From positions 1,312,001-1,376,000 of the forward strand of contig CAWFXL010000001.1 in assembly GCA_963819815.1 (NCBI GenBank): a stretch of DNA of 64,000 nt, given 5' to 3'. Under the pieces are notes generated by a model. That model did not search any database and was not told where the DNA came from. It saw only the letters and a list, made by a program, of their open reading frames with translations. Both the position numbers and the translations under genes were made by a program. Each line of letters begins with the position of its first letter. The stretch's first letter is position 1. Shown in pieces: positions 41,461 to 50,736 of the stretch. This stretch comes from an uncultured bacterium. GTDB taxonomy: Bacteria; Babelota; Babeliae; Babelales; Babelaceae.

Positions 41461-41703
41461 ATGGAAGAAATTAACTACGTAAAAATGGCGGCTTATTTTG
41501 GAGCAGCTATTGCCATGGGAATTGGTGGCCTAGGGCCTTCTTTGGGTCAAGGAATCGTAGCCGCGAAGGCTGTCGAAACCATGGGAAAATATCCTGAAAT
41601 GTCGACCAAAATCAGAACGACTATGTTTTTGGCTCTGGGGATTATTGAGACGAGTTCAATTTATGCATTCGTTGTTGCTATGATGCTTATTATCGGAAGC
41701 TAG
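41461..41703 (+). CDS. atpE: ATP synthase F0 subunit c (Na+-binding signature)
   Basis: GxGxGxG helix with GQG and IETSSIY. Confidence 0.95.
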   Translation: MEEINYVKMAAYFGAAIAMGIGGLGPSLGQGIVAAKAVETMGKYPEMSTKIRTTMFLALGIIETSSIYAFVVAMMLIIGS

Positions 41704-41714
41704 GATAGGAATAT

Positions 41715-42086
41715 ATGGCTGCCTTGGGAATAAATCTGACCCTTGTGGTTCAGATGATTCATTTCTTTATTGCCTATATGGTAATCAAGTATCTCTTTTT
41801 AAAACCTGGATACGCGGTGGTAGCAACTGACGCCCATCGACTCAAACAGATTAGAAGCCGAATTGTTGCACGCCAAGAACTGATAGCACATAAGAATACA
41901 TATAAGCAAACGCGCTGGAATCTTTTTAAAGACTTTTTTTATAAGCAAAAGCCCCAGGTGAGGAAAGAATATACCGTATCGACTGCTCCGATAGTGCAGA
42001 AAAAAGTGCCTGAGGTATCTTTACAAGAGCTTGATAAGGTAGCGAGAACTGTTGCTGATGCCCTCAATAAGAAAGTGCTTCAATGA
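41715..42086 (+). CDS. ATP synthase F0 subunit b'-like
   Basis: INLTLVVQMIHF...LFLKP, position in the operon. Confidence 0.75.
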   Translation: MAALGINLTLVVQMIHFFIAYMVIKYLFLKPGYAVVATDAHRLKQIRSRIVARQELIAHKNTYKQTRWNLFKDFFYKQKPQVRKEYTVSTAPIVQKKVPEVSLQELDKVARTVADALNKKVLQ

Positions 42087-42562
42087 TACATCTTATGGAT
42101 CTTTTTTTTACGCTATTTAACTTTTGTATAGTAGTTGTAGCTCTTATCTATTTGGTGAAAACGTATCTCATTCCACAGGTCAAAGAAAAGATGCTTAAGG
42201 AGCATACTGATTTTGTTGAGTTGCATACTGAGCATCATCAGCTTGCGCAGGATCAAAAGACTTTAGAGGATGAGATTGTTTCTCAGGAAGATCGTGCAAA
42301 AATACTCTTTAAAAAGATTAACCAATGGCGTAACGTGGTTGATGTGGCAGTTCAAACTGAGCTTGCAGCATCTAAACAAATGAGAAAAGATTATGAGGAA
42401 AGATATGCGGAAAGTGCTCGTATCTATGTTTTACACACAAGGTACCATGAGGTGGCTCCTTTAGTGATACAAAAGCTTAAGCAAGACTTCCAAAAACAAT
42501 TTGCAGATTCTCAAGAGGGACATGCGTATCTTGCGCAGGTCCTTAAGAAACTTTCAGTGTAA
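42083..42562 (+). CDS. atpF: ATP synthase F0 subunit b
   Basis: FTLFNF TM followed by coiled coil, position in the operon. Confidence 0.7.
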   Translation: MIHLMDLFFTLFNFCIVVVALIYLVKTYLIPQVKEKMLKEHTDFVELHTEHHQLAQDQKTLEDEIVSQEDRAKILFKKINQWRNVVDVAVQTELAASKQMRKDYEERYAESARIYVLHTRYHEVAPLVIQKLKQDFQKQFADSQEGHAYLAQVLKKLSV

Positions 42563-42564
42563 TT

Positions 42565-43113
42565 ATGAAAAACGAATTCCAGATACTTGCTCGACGATAT
42601 GCCCAGGCCTACTTACATGTTTTTGGTAAGAATATGACGCTTGATCAGGCGCAAATGCTTCCTGTCGTTGCTGATATCCTTGAAAAGCATCGATCGTTGT
42701 TAATTTTTGCAGCGGTGCCTCAGACTGAGGAACGTAGTAAGCGCCATATAGTAGATCTTTTTAAAATGGCCGGCTTTGATACATCTTTATATTCTTCTCT
42801 CTTTGATCTTGTGACTGCAGACAATCGTCTGATAATTATGTCTGATATATTGAGAAAAATTTATGCACTGTATTTAGAATCGCAGGGGATTATGCATTTT
42901 ATTTTGGAGAGTGCTATTCCTTTACAAGATGATGAGAGGGATATATTAGTAACATTTCTTCATAAGAAGACTCAAAAAGAAATTCACTATACACTGGTGG
43001 TAAATCCAGCCTTAATTGCCGGAATAAAAATGTACAGTGATGGGTTAGGCTTTGAGCATTCGATACAGCAGCGTCTTAATGTGCTTGGCACGAAACAATG
43101 GTCTACAATTTAA
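42565..43113 (+). CDS. atpH: ATP synthase F1 subunit delta
   Basis: ARRYAQA, SAIPL, VNPALIAGI. Confidence 0.88.
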   Translation: MKNEFQILARRYAQAYLHVFGKNMTLDQAQMLPVVADILEKHRSLLIFAAVPQTEERSKRHIVDLFKMAGFDTSLYSSLFDLVTADNRLIIMSDILRKIYALYLESQGIMHFILESAIPLQDDERDILVTFLHKKTQKEIHYTLVVNPALIAGIKMYSDGLGFEHSIQQRLNVLGTKQWSTI

Positions 43114-43122
43114 AGGAATCAT

Positions 43123-44622
43123 ATGGATATTAAACCGACCGATTTAGTTTCCTTGTTTGAAAAGTCCTTAGCTCAGGTACCACAAGAGGATCTGCATGAG
43201 ATCGGATTCGTTATTCAGGTTGGTGATACCTTTTGTAAGATTCACGGTCTTAAAAATGCTGTATATGGCGAACTTGTCGAGTTTGCTCATGGTAATAAAG
43301 GTATCATTTTGAATCTGGCTGAAGATAGTGTCTCGGTTTTTTTAATTCAAGCGCAAACCCAAGTGGTTGAACTTGAAATGGTACGACGCACAGGTGGAGT
43401 ATTTAAAACGCCCGTAGGTATGGAGCTCTTAGGCCGAGTAATTAATGCAATTGGTGAGCCTCTAGATGAGCGTGGTTCATTGCGTACGTCCCAAGTAAGG
43501 CCCATAGAGGTTGTTATACCAGGTATTATTGAGCGTACTCCTATTTCCGAGCCATTACAGACTGGTAAACTTGTGGTTGACTCTTTGGTTCCTGTAGGAA
43601 AAGGACAGCGTGAATTAATTATTGGTAACCGAGGTACTGGAAAAACGGCTTTAGCTCTCTCGACTATCATTAATCAAAAGGGGAAAGAAGTTATCTGCAT
43701 CTATGTTTCAATAGGCCAAAGGGAGGCCAACTTAGCTCGTATGGTACGTATGCTCGAAGAGCAGGGTTCTATGGAGTATACGGTTATTGTTTCGGCTGAT
43801 GCAAGTTTGCCTGCGCTTGATCGCTATCTTGCTCCCTATGTAGGGTGTACTATTGCCGAATACTATAAAGATATGGGCAAAGATGTGCTTATCATTTATG
43901 ATACCCTGAGTAACCATGCGATAGCCTATCGAGAAATGTCTCTTTTGATGCGACGAGCTCCTGGGCGAGAAGCGTATCCAGGAGATATCTTTTATTTACA
44001 TTCACGCTTACTTGAACGGGCGGGAAGATTTATTAAAGGAGGCTCTATTACTGCGCTTCCTATTGTTCAGATACAGAGTGATGATATTACCGCCTATATT
44101 CCTACGAATCTTATTTCTATAACCGATGGTCAGATATTTTTAGATACGAAGCTTTTTAACCAAGGTATTCGTCCGGCGGTGAACGTAGAACTTTCAGTGT
44201 CACGCGTTGGTGGTTCAGCACAGACCAAAGCCTGTAAGCAGATGACTAAATCTTTGCGTCTTGAGCTTGCTCAGTATCATGAACTTGCAGGATTTGCCCA
44301 GTTTGGTACCGAGCTTGATGAAATCTCTCAAAAGGCTCTTGCACGTGGTAAAATTGTCTATGAGCTCTTGCGGCAAGGTATCTATGCTAATTATTCTTTT
44401 GTTGATCAGGCATTAATGCTCTTTTTATTCCAAGAGCATTACCTTGATTCCTTTGAGCTTAAGGACGTGCGCGAGTTTGCGGTGCAGTTTGCAAGTTATG
44501 TACATTCGGTTCATGCAGATTTATATGCAGACATTTATGCGTCTGCTGATGTTACCCAAGATCAGCGGAAAGAACTCCATGCGATTGCAAAAGATTTTGG
44601 TAATTTGTACGTACCTGCATGA
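43123..44622 (+). CDS. atpA: ATP synthase F1 subunit alpha
   Basis: GKGQRELIIGNRGTGKT, RRAPGREAYPGD, PTNLISITDGQ, SVSRVG. Confidence 0.97.
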   Translation: MDIKPTDLVSLFEKSLAQVPQEDLHEIGFVIQVGDTFCKIHGLKNAVYGELVEFAHGNKGIILNLAEDSVSVFLIQAQTQVVELEMVRRTGGVFKTPVGMELLGRVINAIGEPLDERGSLRTSQVRPIEVVIPGIIERTPISEPLQTGKLVVDSLVPVGKGQRELIIGNRGTGKTALALSTIINQKGKEVICIYVSIGQREANLARMVRMLEEQGSMEYTVIVSADASLPALDRYLAPYVGCTIAEYYKDMGKDVLIIYDTLSNHAIAYREMSLLMRRAPGREAYPGDIFYLHSRLLERAGRFIKGGSITALPIVQIQSDDITAYIPTNLISITDGQIFLDTKLFNQGIRPAVNVELSVSRVGGSAQTKACKQMTKSLRLELAQYHELAGFAQFGTELDEISQKALARGKIVYELLRQGIYANYSFVDQALMLFLFQEHYLDSFELKDVREFAVQFASYVHSVHADLYADIYASADVTQDQRKELHAIAKDFGNLYVPA

Positions 44623-44623
44623 T

Positions 44624-44652
44624 TTGAGAATTCAGAGAACTCTCGCTATAAT
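44624..44652 (+). promoter_or_regulatory. sigma70 promoter of tRNA-Arg
   Basis: TTGAGA, 17 bp spacer, TATAAT. Confidence 0.75.
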
Positions 44653-44669
44653 GAGAGATGTCTTTCTTT

Positions 44670-44746
44670 GTGCCCGTAGCTCAGCTGGATAGAGCAACGG
44701 ATTTCTAATCCGTAGGTCGTAGGTTCGAATCCTACCGGGCACACCA
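44670..44746 (+). tRNA. tRNA-Arg(UCU)
   Basis: GTGCCCG acceptor stem, AGCTCAGCTGGATAGAGC D arm, anticodon loop TTTCTAA, GGTTCGAATCC T arm, encoded CCA. Confidence 0.97.
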
Positions 44747-44838
44747 AACTTGTTTGCAGTGTCTAGAAACAATTTCCTAGACACTCTTCTCTTGCCCAGT
44801 CGACGTTCGAATTTGAGATATGATTATGCTCTAAGTGG

Positions 44839-45738
44839 TTATATTTTACGTGCAATAAACTTCAAACTTGAGATAGGTAACTTATCGCTGTCAAACCATT
44901 TCTTATTGATCTCGAGGTCCTCGTCAATAATCGTTATCTCAAAACCAGCATTATTAAGCATTCCAAGATAGGTCTTTTTCAAAAGTGCTCCGCTAACGCA
45001 GGCAGATAAGAGTGCAGGGTCTTTCTTTTGGGTATCAGTAAGCTCCTGAAGCAATACAATGTCTGATATAGCCATAACACCTCCGGGCTTCAGAACTCTT
45101 GCAGCTTCTTTAAAGACAAGGTGTTTTTGAGGCGCAAGATTAATCACACAGTTGCTCATAATAACGTCAATTGAATTGCTTTCAACTGGCAATGATTCGA
45201 TATCACCTAGACGAAATTCTACATTGGAAATTCCATATTTTTTTGCATTTGCACGAGCCCTTTCAATCATGGCAGTAGTCATATCAATGCCAATAACTCT
45301 TCCATGTGTGCCAACTTTACGTGCAGCCAAAAAGCAGTCAAGTCCTGCTCCTGAACCAAGATCTAATACGACGTTCCCCTCTTTTATATATCCAAGGCTA
45401 ACTGGATGGCCGCATCCAAGGCCTAGGTTGGCATCAGCAAACATCTCAAGTTCTTCACGTGAGTAGCCAATGGTTGCTGATAGTTCACATCCACCACCGC
45501 AACAACCACCAACAGGACCAACACTATCTTTAGCTACCTCGGCATATGCTTTTTGAATAATTTTTTTTGGGTCATCAGTTTCAGCATATATCTTTTTAGA
45601 GTCAGCAAGCTTTTTCACAGGATTATTTGTAACTCTACTATTTTCTTGTTTAGGACAGCAATTTTTACCATCACAGGATTTAGCAGCCATGCATAGTGGA
45701 GTTAATGCGACGATCAAGAAAGCGTACAACATTTTCAT
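44839..45738 (-). CDS. arsM: Arsenite methyltransferase with N-terminal signal-like peptide
   Basis: GCCG, NLGLGCGHP, LDLGSGAGLDC, SNCVINL, SACVSGA. Confidence 0.88.
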   Translation of the reverse strand: MKMLYAFLIVALTPLCMAAKSCDGKNCCPKQENSRVTNNPVKKLADSKKIYAETDDPKKIIQKAYAEVAKDSVGPVGGCCGGGCELSATIGYSREELEMFADANLGLGCGHPVSLGYIKEGNVVLDLGSGAGLDCFLAARKVGTHGRVIGIDMTTAMIERARANAKKYGISNVEFRLGDIESLPVESNSIDVIMSNCVINLAPQKHLVFKEAARVLKPGGVMAISDIVLLQELTDTQKKDPALLSACVSGALLKKTYLGMLNNAGFEITIIDEDLEINKKWFDSDKLPISSLKFIARKI

Positions 45739-45837
45739 AATTAATCCCTTTGATATTTGAGTTTCTAGCCAGCCTTTTTTCATTGCGATAAAAAATTCGC
45801 TTTTTGGAATCTTTTAATGAATTCCCAATTATGAGAA

Positions 45838-46662
45838 TTATAGACGTTTAATAAATTCAAACAAGTCTGCATTAATCAGATCTTTGTGCGTTTGGCACAT
45901 ACCATGCGGTAATCCTGGATAGACTTTGAGGAGTGCATTCTTGACAAGCTTGACAGATAGGAGCGCCGAGTCGGCGATTGGTACTATTTGATCATCATCA
46001 CCGTGCATAATCAATGTCGGAATGTCGAACTTCTTAAGATCTTCAGTGAGATCGGTCTCCGACCATGCCTTTATACCAAGATATGAAGCAGGAAAGCCGG
46101 CGAGACTTGATTGGAGCCAGAAGGATTCGCGCACACCTTCGGAGATCTTAACTCCTGGCCTATTGTATCCATAAAAAGCAAGACTAAGATCTTTCCAGAA
46201 TTGGTACCGATCTTCCTGAACCTGCTTTCTTAGGCCGTCAAATGTAGCTATAGGTAATCCCCCAGGATTACTAGCTGTTTTGAGCATGAGCGGAGGGATT
46301 GCGCTAATAAGTATTGCCTTTGCAACATTTTTGGTGCCATGTTTGCCGATATAACGAGTTACTTCACCACCTCCGGTTGAATGACCAACATGAATTGCAT
46401 TTGTAAGTTTGAGCTTTGCTACGAGCTCTGCAAGGTCGTCGGCATACGTATCTATATCATTACCATGCCACGTTTGCTCAGAGCGCCCGTGACCGCGACG
46501 ATCATGGGCTATGCAGCGGTAGCCTTGCGAGGCTAGGAAAAACATCTGGTCTTCAAAGGCATCTGCACTCAGAGGCCAGCCATGACTGAATACCACTGGC
46601 TGCCCGGTGCCCCAATCTTTGTAATACATTTGTGCGTTGTCGCTCAGGGTAAGTATGTTCAT
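45838..46662 (-). CDS. Non-heme chloroperoxidase-like alpha/beta hydrolase
   Basis: [38 protein letters not shown]. Confidence 0.92.
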   Translation of the reverse strand: MNILTLSDNAQMYYKDWGTGQPVVFSHGWPLSADAFEDQMFFLASQGYRCIAHDRRGHGRSEQTWHGNDIDTYADDLAELVAKLKLTNAIHVGHSTGGGEVTRYIGKHGTKNVAKAILISAIPPLMLKTASNPGGLPIATFDGLRKQVQEDRYQFWKDLSLAFYGYNRPGVKISEGVRESFWLQSSLAGFPASYLGIKAWSETDLTEDLKKFDIPTLIMHGDDDQIVPIADSALLSVKLVKNALLKVYPGLPHGMCQTHKDLINADLFEFIKRL

Positions 46663-46819
46663 ATCCGTCTCTCTTTGTATGTTCTGCAATGTGTGCTTTG
46701 GAAAGCTTTGGCCTGGTAGCATACAATAATACCACCTCAGCATCAAGTGAGTTGTATGCTCTTTGAGCCGCCCCATATATCCTATTTGAAGACCAATGGG
46801 AAGGGGTTGTTCCTGTAGT

Positions 46820-46893
46820 GCTCAAAATGGTGAGCCGATTAACCTCTCTATTCGGCTCAAAATTTCCATGTTTCTGAGCCGATTAATACTCTA
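46820..46893. repeat. Short alternating direct/inverted repeat cluster
   Basis: TGAGCCGATTAA at 46831 and 46875, inverted TCGGCTCA at 46852, GCTCAAAAT twice. Confidence 0.6.
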
Positions 46894-46970
46894 GGATGCA
46901 AAGGGTTAAGGAAAATGAAATACAGTTATCAGCCACCACTAGCACAGCCTGCTATTACCTGAAGTAGCTC

Positions 46971-47951
46971 CTAGAGGATTTTCCAGGGGCTTGCCGCAAG
47001 CTCGCTTGGAATTTTTATAGGAAGGATAATTCTCATATTATCTTGAGATAAAGCTACCATAACAAGGGCATATTCTTCATCGAGGCATGCTGTGAGAGCT
47101 CTGAGTTCATCCGTAGGAATATGGAGTGCATGTTCATTACATTGAGCTACATAGAGGTCTAGAATGCCGTTCACATCCATAGTTTTTAATTTTCCTGCTA
47201 GAGTACATGTTAGGCCCTGAGCAAATAATGTTTTTATCTCAGGATGGAGAAATGAAAAATACTGTTTTTTTAAGATCATGTACGCTCTTTGTATCAGATC
47301 AAGTGCTTTCATTGCAAACTCTCGATTATGTTGTGCTTGATAGAGGCATATCTTCTTAAGGCGTTGATAGGCTTCTTCAAGAGCCTTTGGATAGGTAACC
47401 GTTGCAAGATCATCCGGCAGACTTAGAAAATGTTGTGGCAGGGGGGTAGTCCCATTTTTAAGGGCATATGCGACGTTGGGAAAATATGCTAATAATGTTG
47501 ATTGTTCATTCACCTTCAGCTCTTCGCTTAATGCATTTGCTCTTAATAGAGTTGCGGTAAAGCAAAAGGGCACAAGATTTCTGATAATACCGGATGTGGG
47601 TTGAGTTGTGATGGTGAGCATCATGTGTTGTTCAGATTTACAGGTTTCAAAATCCTTGCGAGTGCATAGGTTTTCAGGGGTGCGTAACTGTACTTTACTC
47701 CAAGGACCACAGGAAACTATCTGCATGGCTTTCATTCGATCTGGAGCTGCAAGAATGAGCTTCCCCTGGGGCACAATTGTAGCACCGAGCACTATACCAT
47801 CCTGGTAGGAATAGGTAACTAAGAGCTTCCAGTCGGTTTTATTTGAAAGAAGCATTCTTTGAGAAAGGCTGTTCGTTATGTTGACTTCTTGAGTCATTCC
47901 CAGAAGAGAGGCGCTCACACATAACAACGGGATGCATAAGATATTCATCAT
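46971..47951 (-). CDS. Exported hypothetical protein, distant paralogue of 31379..32164 (J-like helices)
   Basis: RBS GAGGAG, signal peptide, LSNKTDWKLLVTY, LLAYFP, ALEEAYQRL...IQRAYMIL. Confidence 0.55.
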   Translation of the reverse strand: MMNILCIPLLCVSASLLGMTQEVNITNSLSQRMLLSNKTDWKLLVTYSYQDGIVLGATIVPQGKLILAAPDRMKAMQIVSCGPWSKVQLRTPENLCTRKDFETCKSEQHMMLTITTQPTSGIIRNLVPFCFTATLLRANALSEELKVNEQSTLLAYFPNVAYALKNGTTPLPQHFLSLPDDLATVTYPKALEEAYQRLKKICLYQAQHNREFAMKALDLIQRAYMILKKQYFSFLHPEIKTLFAQGLTCTLAGKLKTMDVNGILDLYVAQCNEHALHIPTDELRALTACLDEEYALVMVALSQDNMRIILPIKIPSELAASPWKIL

Positions 47952-48111
47952 TGCTCCTCTCGGCATATACACTTGTACCAGTGTACCAAAAGGCTCATGA
48001 TTTGCGAAAATGATCTGTTTGCATAACCAATCTGCTCAAGTTGCAAAACGAGGGTTTTTGATGGATATGCATTGCAGGTGTGTAACGGTATGAAACGGCG
48101 AAGGTAGTATC

Positions 48112-48146
48112 TTAGTAGTGTTGCGAGCTAGTTGCAACACTACTAA
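48112..48146. terminator. Hairpin downstream of the USP genes
   Basis: ttagtagtgttgc...gcaacactactaa. Confidence 0.6.
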
Positions 48147-48154
48147 CTAGCGTA

Positions 48155-49504
48155 TTATCTTTTTTTCCCCTGAGTGGTGGTAGCTGGAGCAGCTTTAGCT
48201 CTTCTCACTACAGTTGGGGGCTTTGGTCCTGCGTTTAGGCGCCTGATCCCTGGCTGTGGATTTGGAGCATTTCTCGTAGTACTCGTTGTACTCGAGGATG
48301 ATGACGTGTTTTTCGGTAGCCTTCTTTGTACTGTTCTTCTAGTATTTGTAGTGCTGGTACTCGAGGAGGAGGTACTTCTCGCAGGTTGATGTGCAGGGGC
48401 ATACTGAGGTCTTGTTGCTGAGTGCTCGTATATCAGCGTTGTCACAAGGGTGTTCTTATTGGCGCCATAGCCTAGTTGTCCTATTTTGAACACTTCCTGC
48501 TCGCTGCAAGGTGTAATAGTCTCATCATTGCAATAATACCATTCATTGCCTGCTTTTACATAGGCGGTATAGTGGCCAGAGTTTGCTGATCCGCTATGCA
48601 TAATGATGCTAACAACTTCATAATCACCGCAACTTTTTGATGGATCTTTAAAACAGCGATCAAATGATTGGTTATACAGATCAAATGAAATAGGATTTTC
48701 ATGTCGAGTAAACGTAGGTACTGCTTGTCCTCGTGTTCTCCGTATAAAGTTTTTTCTATCTAATGAACAAATAACATATCGGCCAGTTCTTTGAAGAAAG
48801 GTATGGCGCTCTCCATCGACAGGTCCTAGTCCTTCAATAGCTACAGCATCGAATGAAGGCTGAGAGAAAGATTGTAAACATTCGTTAATATTTCTACTTT
48901 CTGGAAGTACCTTCAAACTAAGGCAAGGCGAATACTGGACTTCTTTATCTGACTCGAAAAATCCGACTTCACCTAGATCTGCATAGGCCTTACTTTCAGA
49001 AAACACATAAAAGAGTTGTGCTAGATCAGTTTTGAGTTCTTCAGGATACTGTGCAAGATCTGAGTCGTTTGGCTCGTCGTGACGTGCAAAAAGTGGCCAC
49101 TTGGTATCTTTAACATCTTTGTAGGTAATACATTCTAAGAGCTCTCGTAAGAGTTCATTGGCATCAGCCTGATCGCAGGGATCATCGTTGAGTTGATGCC
49201 ATCCACGAAAGCAGAAAGTCGACGGGTCAATTTCGTCATCATCTGTATCTGAATGCATGAAATGTGGTAATAAATCTGTATAGGCCTCGGCAAGGCTATC
49301 TTTCTTGTACACACTATCTTTGTTCTGCTGGTTAAGCAAGTAGGTGATGTCCTGCATAGCATAGACTGCCTGAAGTGCTGCATTCATAAAGCAGTTTGAG
49401 CCAATGTTTTTGAGCGGAGCTGGTTTGAGCGGCTCCATGCATATTATTGGAGTCATATAGCTCATAATGACGATGTATAAAAGGGTCTTAGTTTTATGTA
49501 TCAT
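48155..49504 (-). CDS. Exported ubiquitin-specific protease (peptidase C19/USP family)
   Basis: Cys box LKNIGSNCFMNAALQAV, QADANE, His box HSGSANSGHYTAY, WYYCND. Confidence 0.9.
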   Translation of the reverse strand: MIHKTKTLLYIVIMSYMTPIICMEPLKPAPLKNIGSNCFMNAALQAVYAMQDITYLLNQQNKDSVYKKDSLAEAYTDLLPHFMHSDTDDDEIDPSTFCFRGWHQLNDDPCDQADANELLRELLECITYKDVKDTKWPLFARHDEPNDSDLAQYPEELKTDLAQLFYVFSESKAYADLGEVGFFESDKEVQYSPCLSLKVLPESRNINECLQSFSQPSFDAVAIEGLGPVDGERHTFLQRTGRYVICSLDRKNFIRRTRGQAVPTFTRHENPISFDLYNQSFDRCFKDPSKSCGDYEVVSIIMHSGSANSGHYTAYVKAGNEWYYCNDETITPCSEQEVFKIGQLGYGANKNTLVTTLIYEHSATRPQYAPAHQPARSTSSSSTSTTNTRRTVQRRLPKNTSSSSSTTSTTRNAPNPQPGIRRLNAGPKPPTVVRRAKAAPATTTQGKKR

Positions 49505-49528
49505 AATGCACTCTTGTTATTTTTAAAT

Positions 49529-50653
49529 CTATTTTTTATTAAGTATACATAATTTTATCAAATTGTAAATACCAGAAGATGAGCTTGATGATCTTGTTGA
49601 ATAGGTAGGGCGTGCGCTGGATAACTCATAGATAAAGGTTGTAGCTACAGAACCATTTTCTGTAGAGCCTTGTTGTGAAATGCGCGTCATGCTTTCTTCT
49701 GAAACTGGTGTAACAGCAGCATCATCACAAAAGTACCACTGGTTTCCTAACTTTGAGTAGGTAGTATAATGACCACCGTCTGCGTTGCCGCAATGCATAA
49801 TGACGGCAATAAGTTCATAGGGACCTTTACTTCTTTCCTTAAGGAGGAAATAGGGAGAAAGATCGAGCTTATTTAGGGGAAAGCTGATGCGCGCATCTTC
49901 TTTCATGTATGAGATTCCTGCTTGCCCTCTATGCCCTTCTTTTCGGTCGAGCATAATGAAAAGATAGTTTTGTGTTTCCTCGAGAAATCGTCTGTTAGCC
50001 CCTTCAATTAAGGTATCTGGATCGCTTCTAAAATGTTCGCTTTGGCTTTGAAAATACCGGTCAAGGCAGTTTGAGAGAGTCTTATCTTCGGGTCGCACTT
50101 CTAAGCTGAGTCCAATGGTCTGCTCTGGCGATTTGGTGCCGATAAAAGCCTCATTTTTGGGATCTATTCTTAGATGGCGGATATGTACATAAAACAGTTC
50201 TGAGAGCTCCGTTCTCATCGTTGGAATCTGAGTTCCTTTATACTTGGGATGATATGGCTTGTACTCATCATTAATGTCAGTCTCGGTAATATGGTTGAGA
50301 ATTGTTGCTAAACAGTCATTTGCATCTCCTTGTTCACGTTCGTTCATCCCAAGGTGAGCATATATGCTGGTATGGAGTTCCGCGGGGCCTATTGAAGAAC
50401 TTTGTGCGGTGCGAAGCTGGATGGCGCAATCTCTTAAGAGAGCAGACAGGCTACCCGGCTTGAGGTAATATCCATGCTCGAGTGCCATCGACACTAAATC
50501 TACCGATGCATGCAAAGCTTGAAGGCTCGCATTAATGAAGCAGGCATTCCTCTGGTTGACCAGTCCTTTAGGGATATAGATGTTGTTTTCTCCCATGCCA
50601 AAGGCACTGGCCGGTAGGCATAGTAGAGCGATACTGAATAGTTTGTGTACCAT
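49529..50653 (-). CDS. Exported ubiquitin-specific protease (peptidase C19/USP family)
   Basis: Cys box GLVNQRNACFINASLQAL, QGDAND, ISFP, YELIAVIMHCGNADGGHY, WYFCDD. Confidence 0.92.
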   Translation of the reverse strand: MVHKLFSIALLCLPASAFGMGENNIYIPKGLVNQRNACFINASLQALHASVDLVSMALEHGYYLKPGSLSALLRDCAIQLRTAQSSSIGPAELHTSIYAHLGMNEREQGDANDCLATILNHITETDINDEYKPYHPKYKGTQIPTMRTELSELFYVHIRHLRIDPKNEAFIGTKSPEQTIGLSLEVRPEDKTLSNCLDRYFQSQSEHFRSDPDTLIEGANRRFLEETQNYLFIMLDRKEGHRGQAGISYMKEDARISFPLNKLDLSPYFLLKERSKGPYELIAVIMHCGNADGGHYTTYSKLGNQWYFCDDAAVTPVSEESMTRISQQGSTENGSVATTFIYELSSARPTYSTRSSSSSSGIYNLIKLCILNKK

Positions 50654-50736
50654 AAAAAGCTCCCCCGGATTATATTTTTTTATATTTACTAATAGTAACT
50701 ATATAGAGGGAGGGGGAACTTGTCAAGGGGGCGAAT

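Noticed and set aside
41461..44622. N-type ATPase operon
   Set aside because: A delta subunit is present and the gene order does not match atpDCQRBEFAG
44670..47972. Genomic island integrated at tRNA-Arg
   Set aside because: No integrase and no duplicated tRNA 3' end seen
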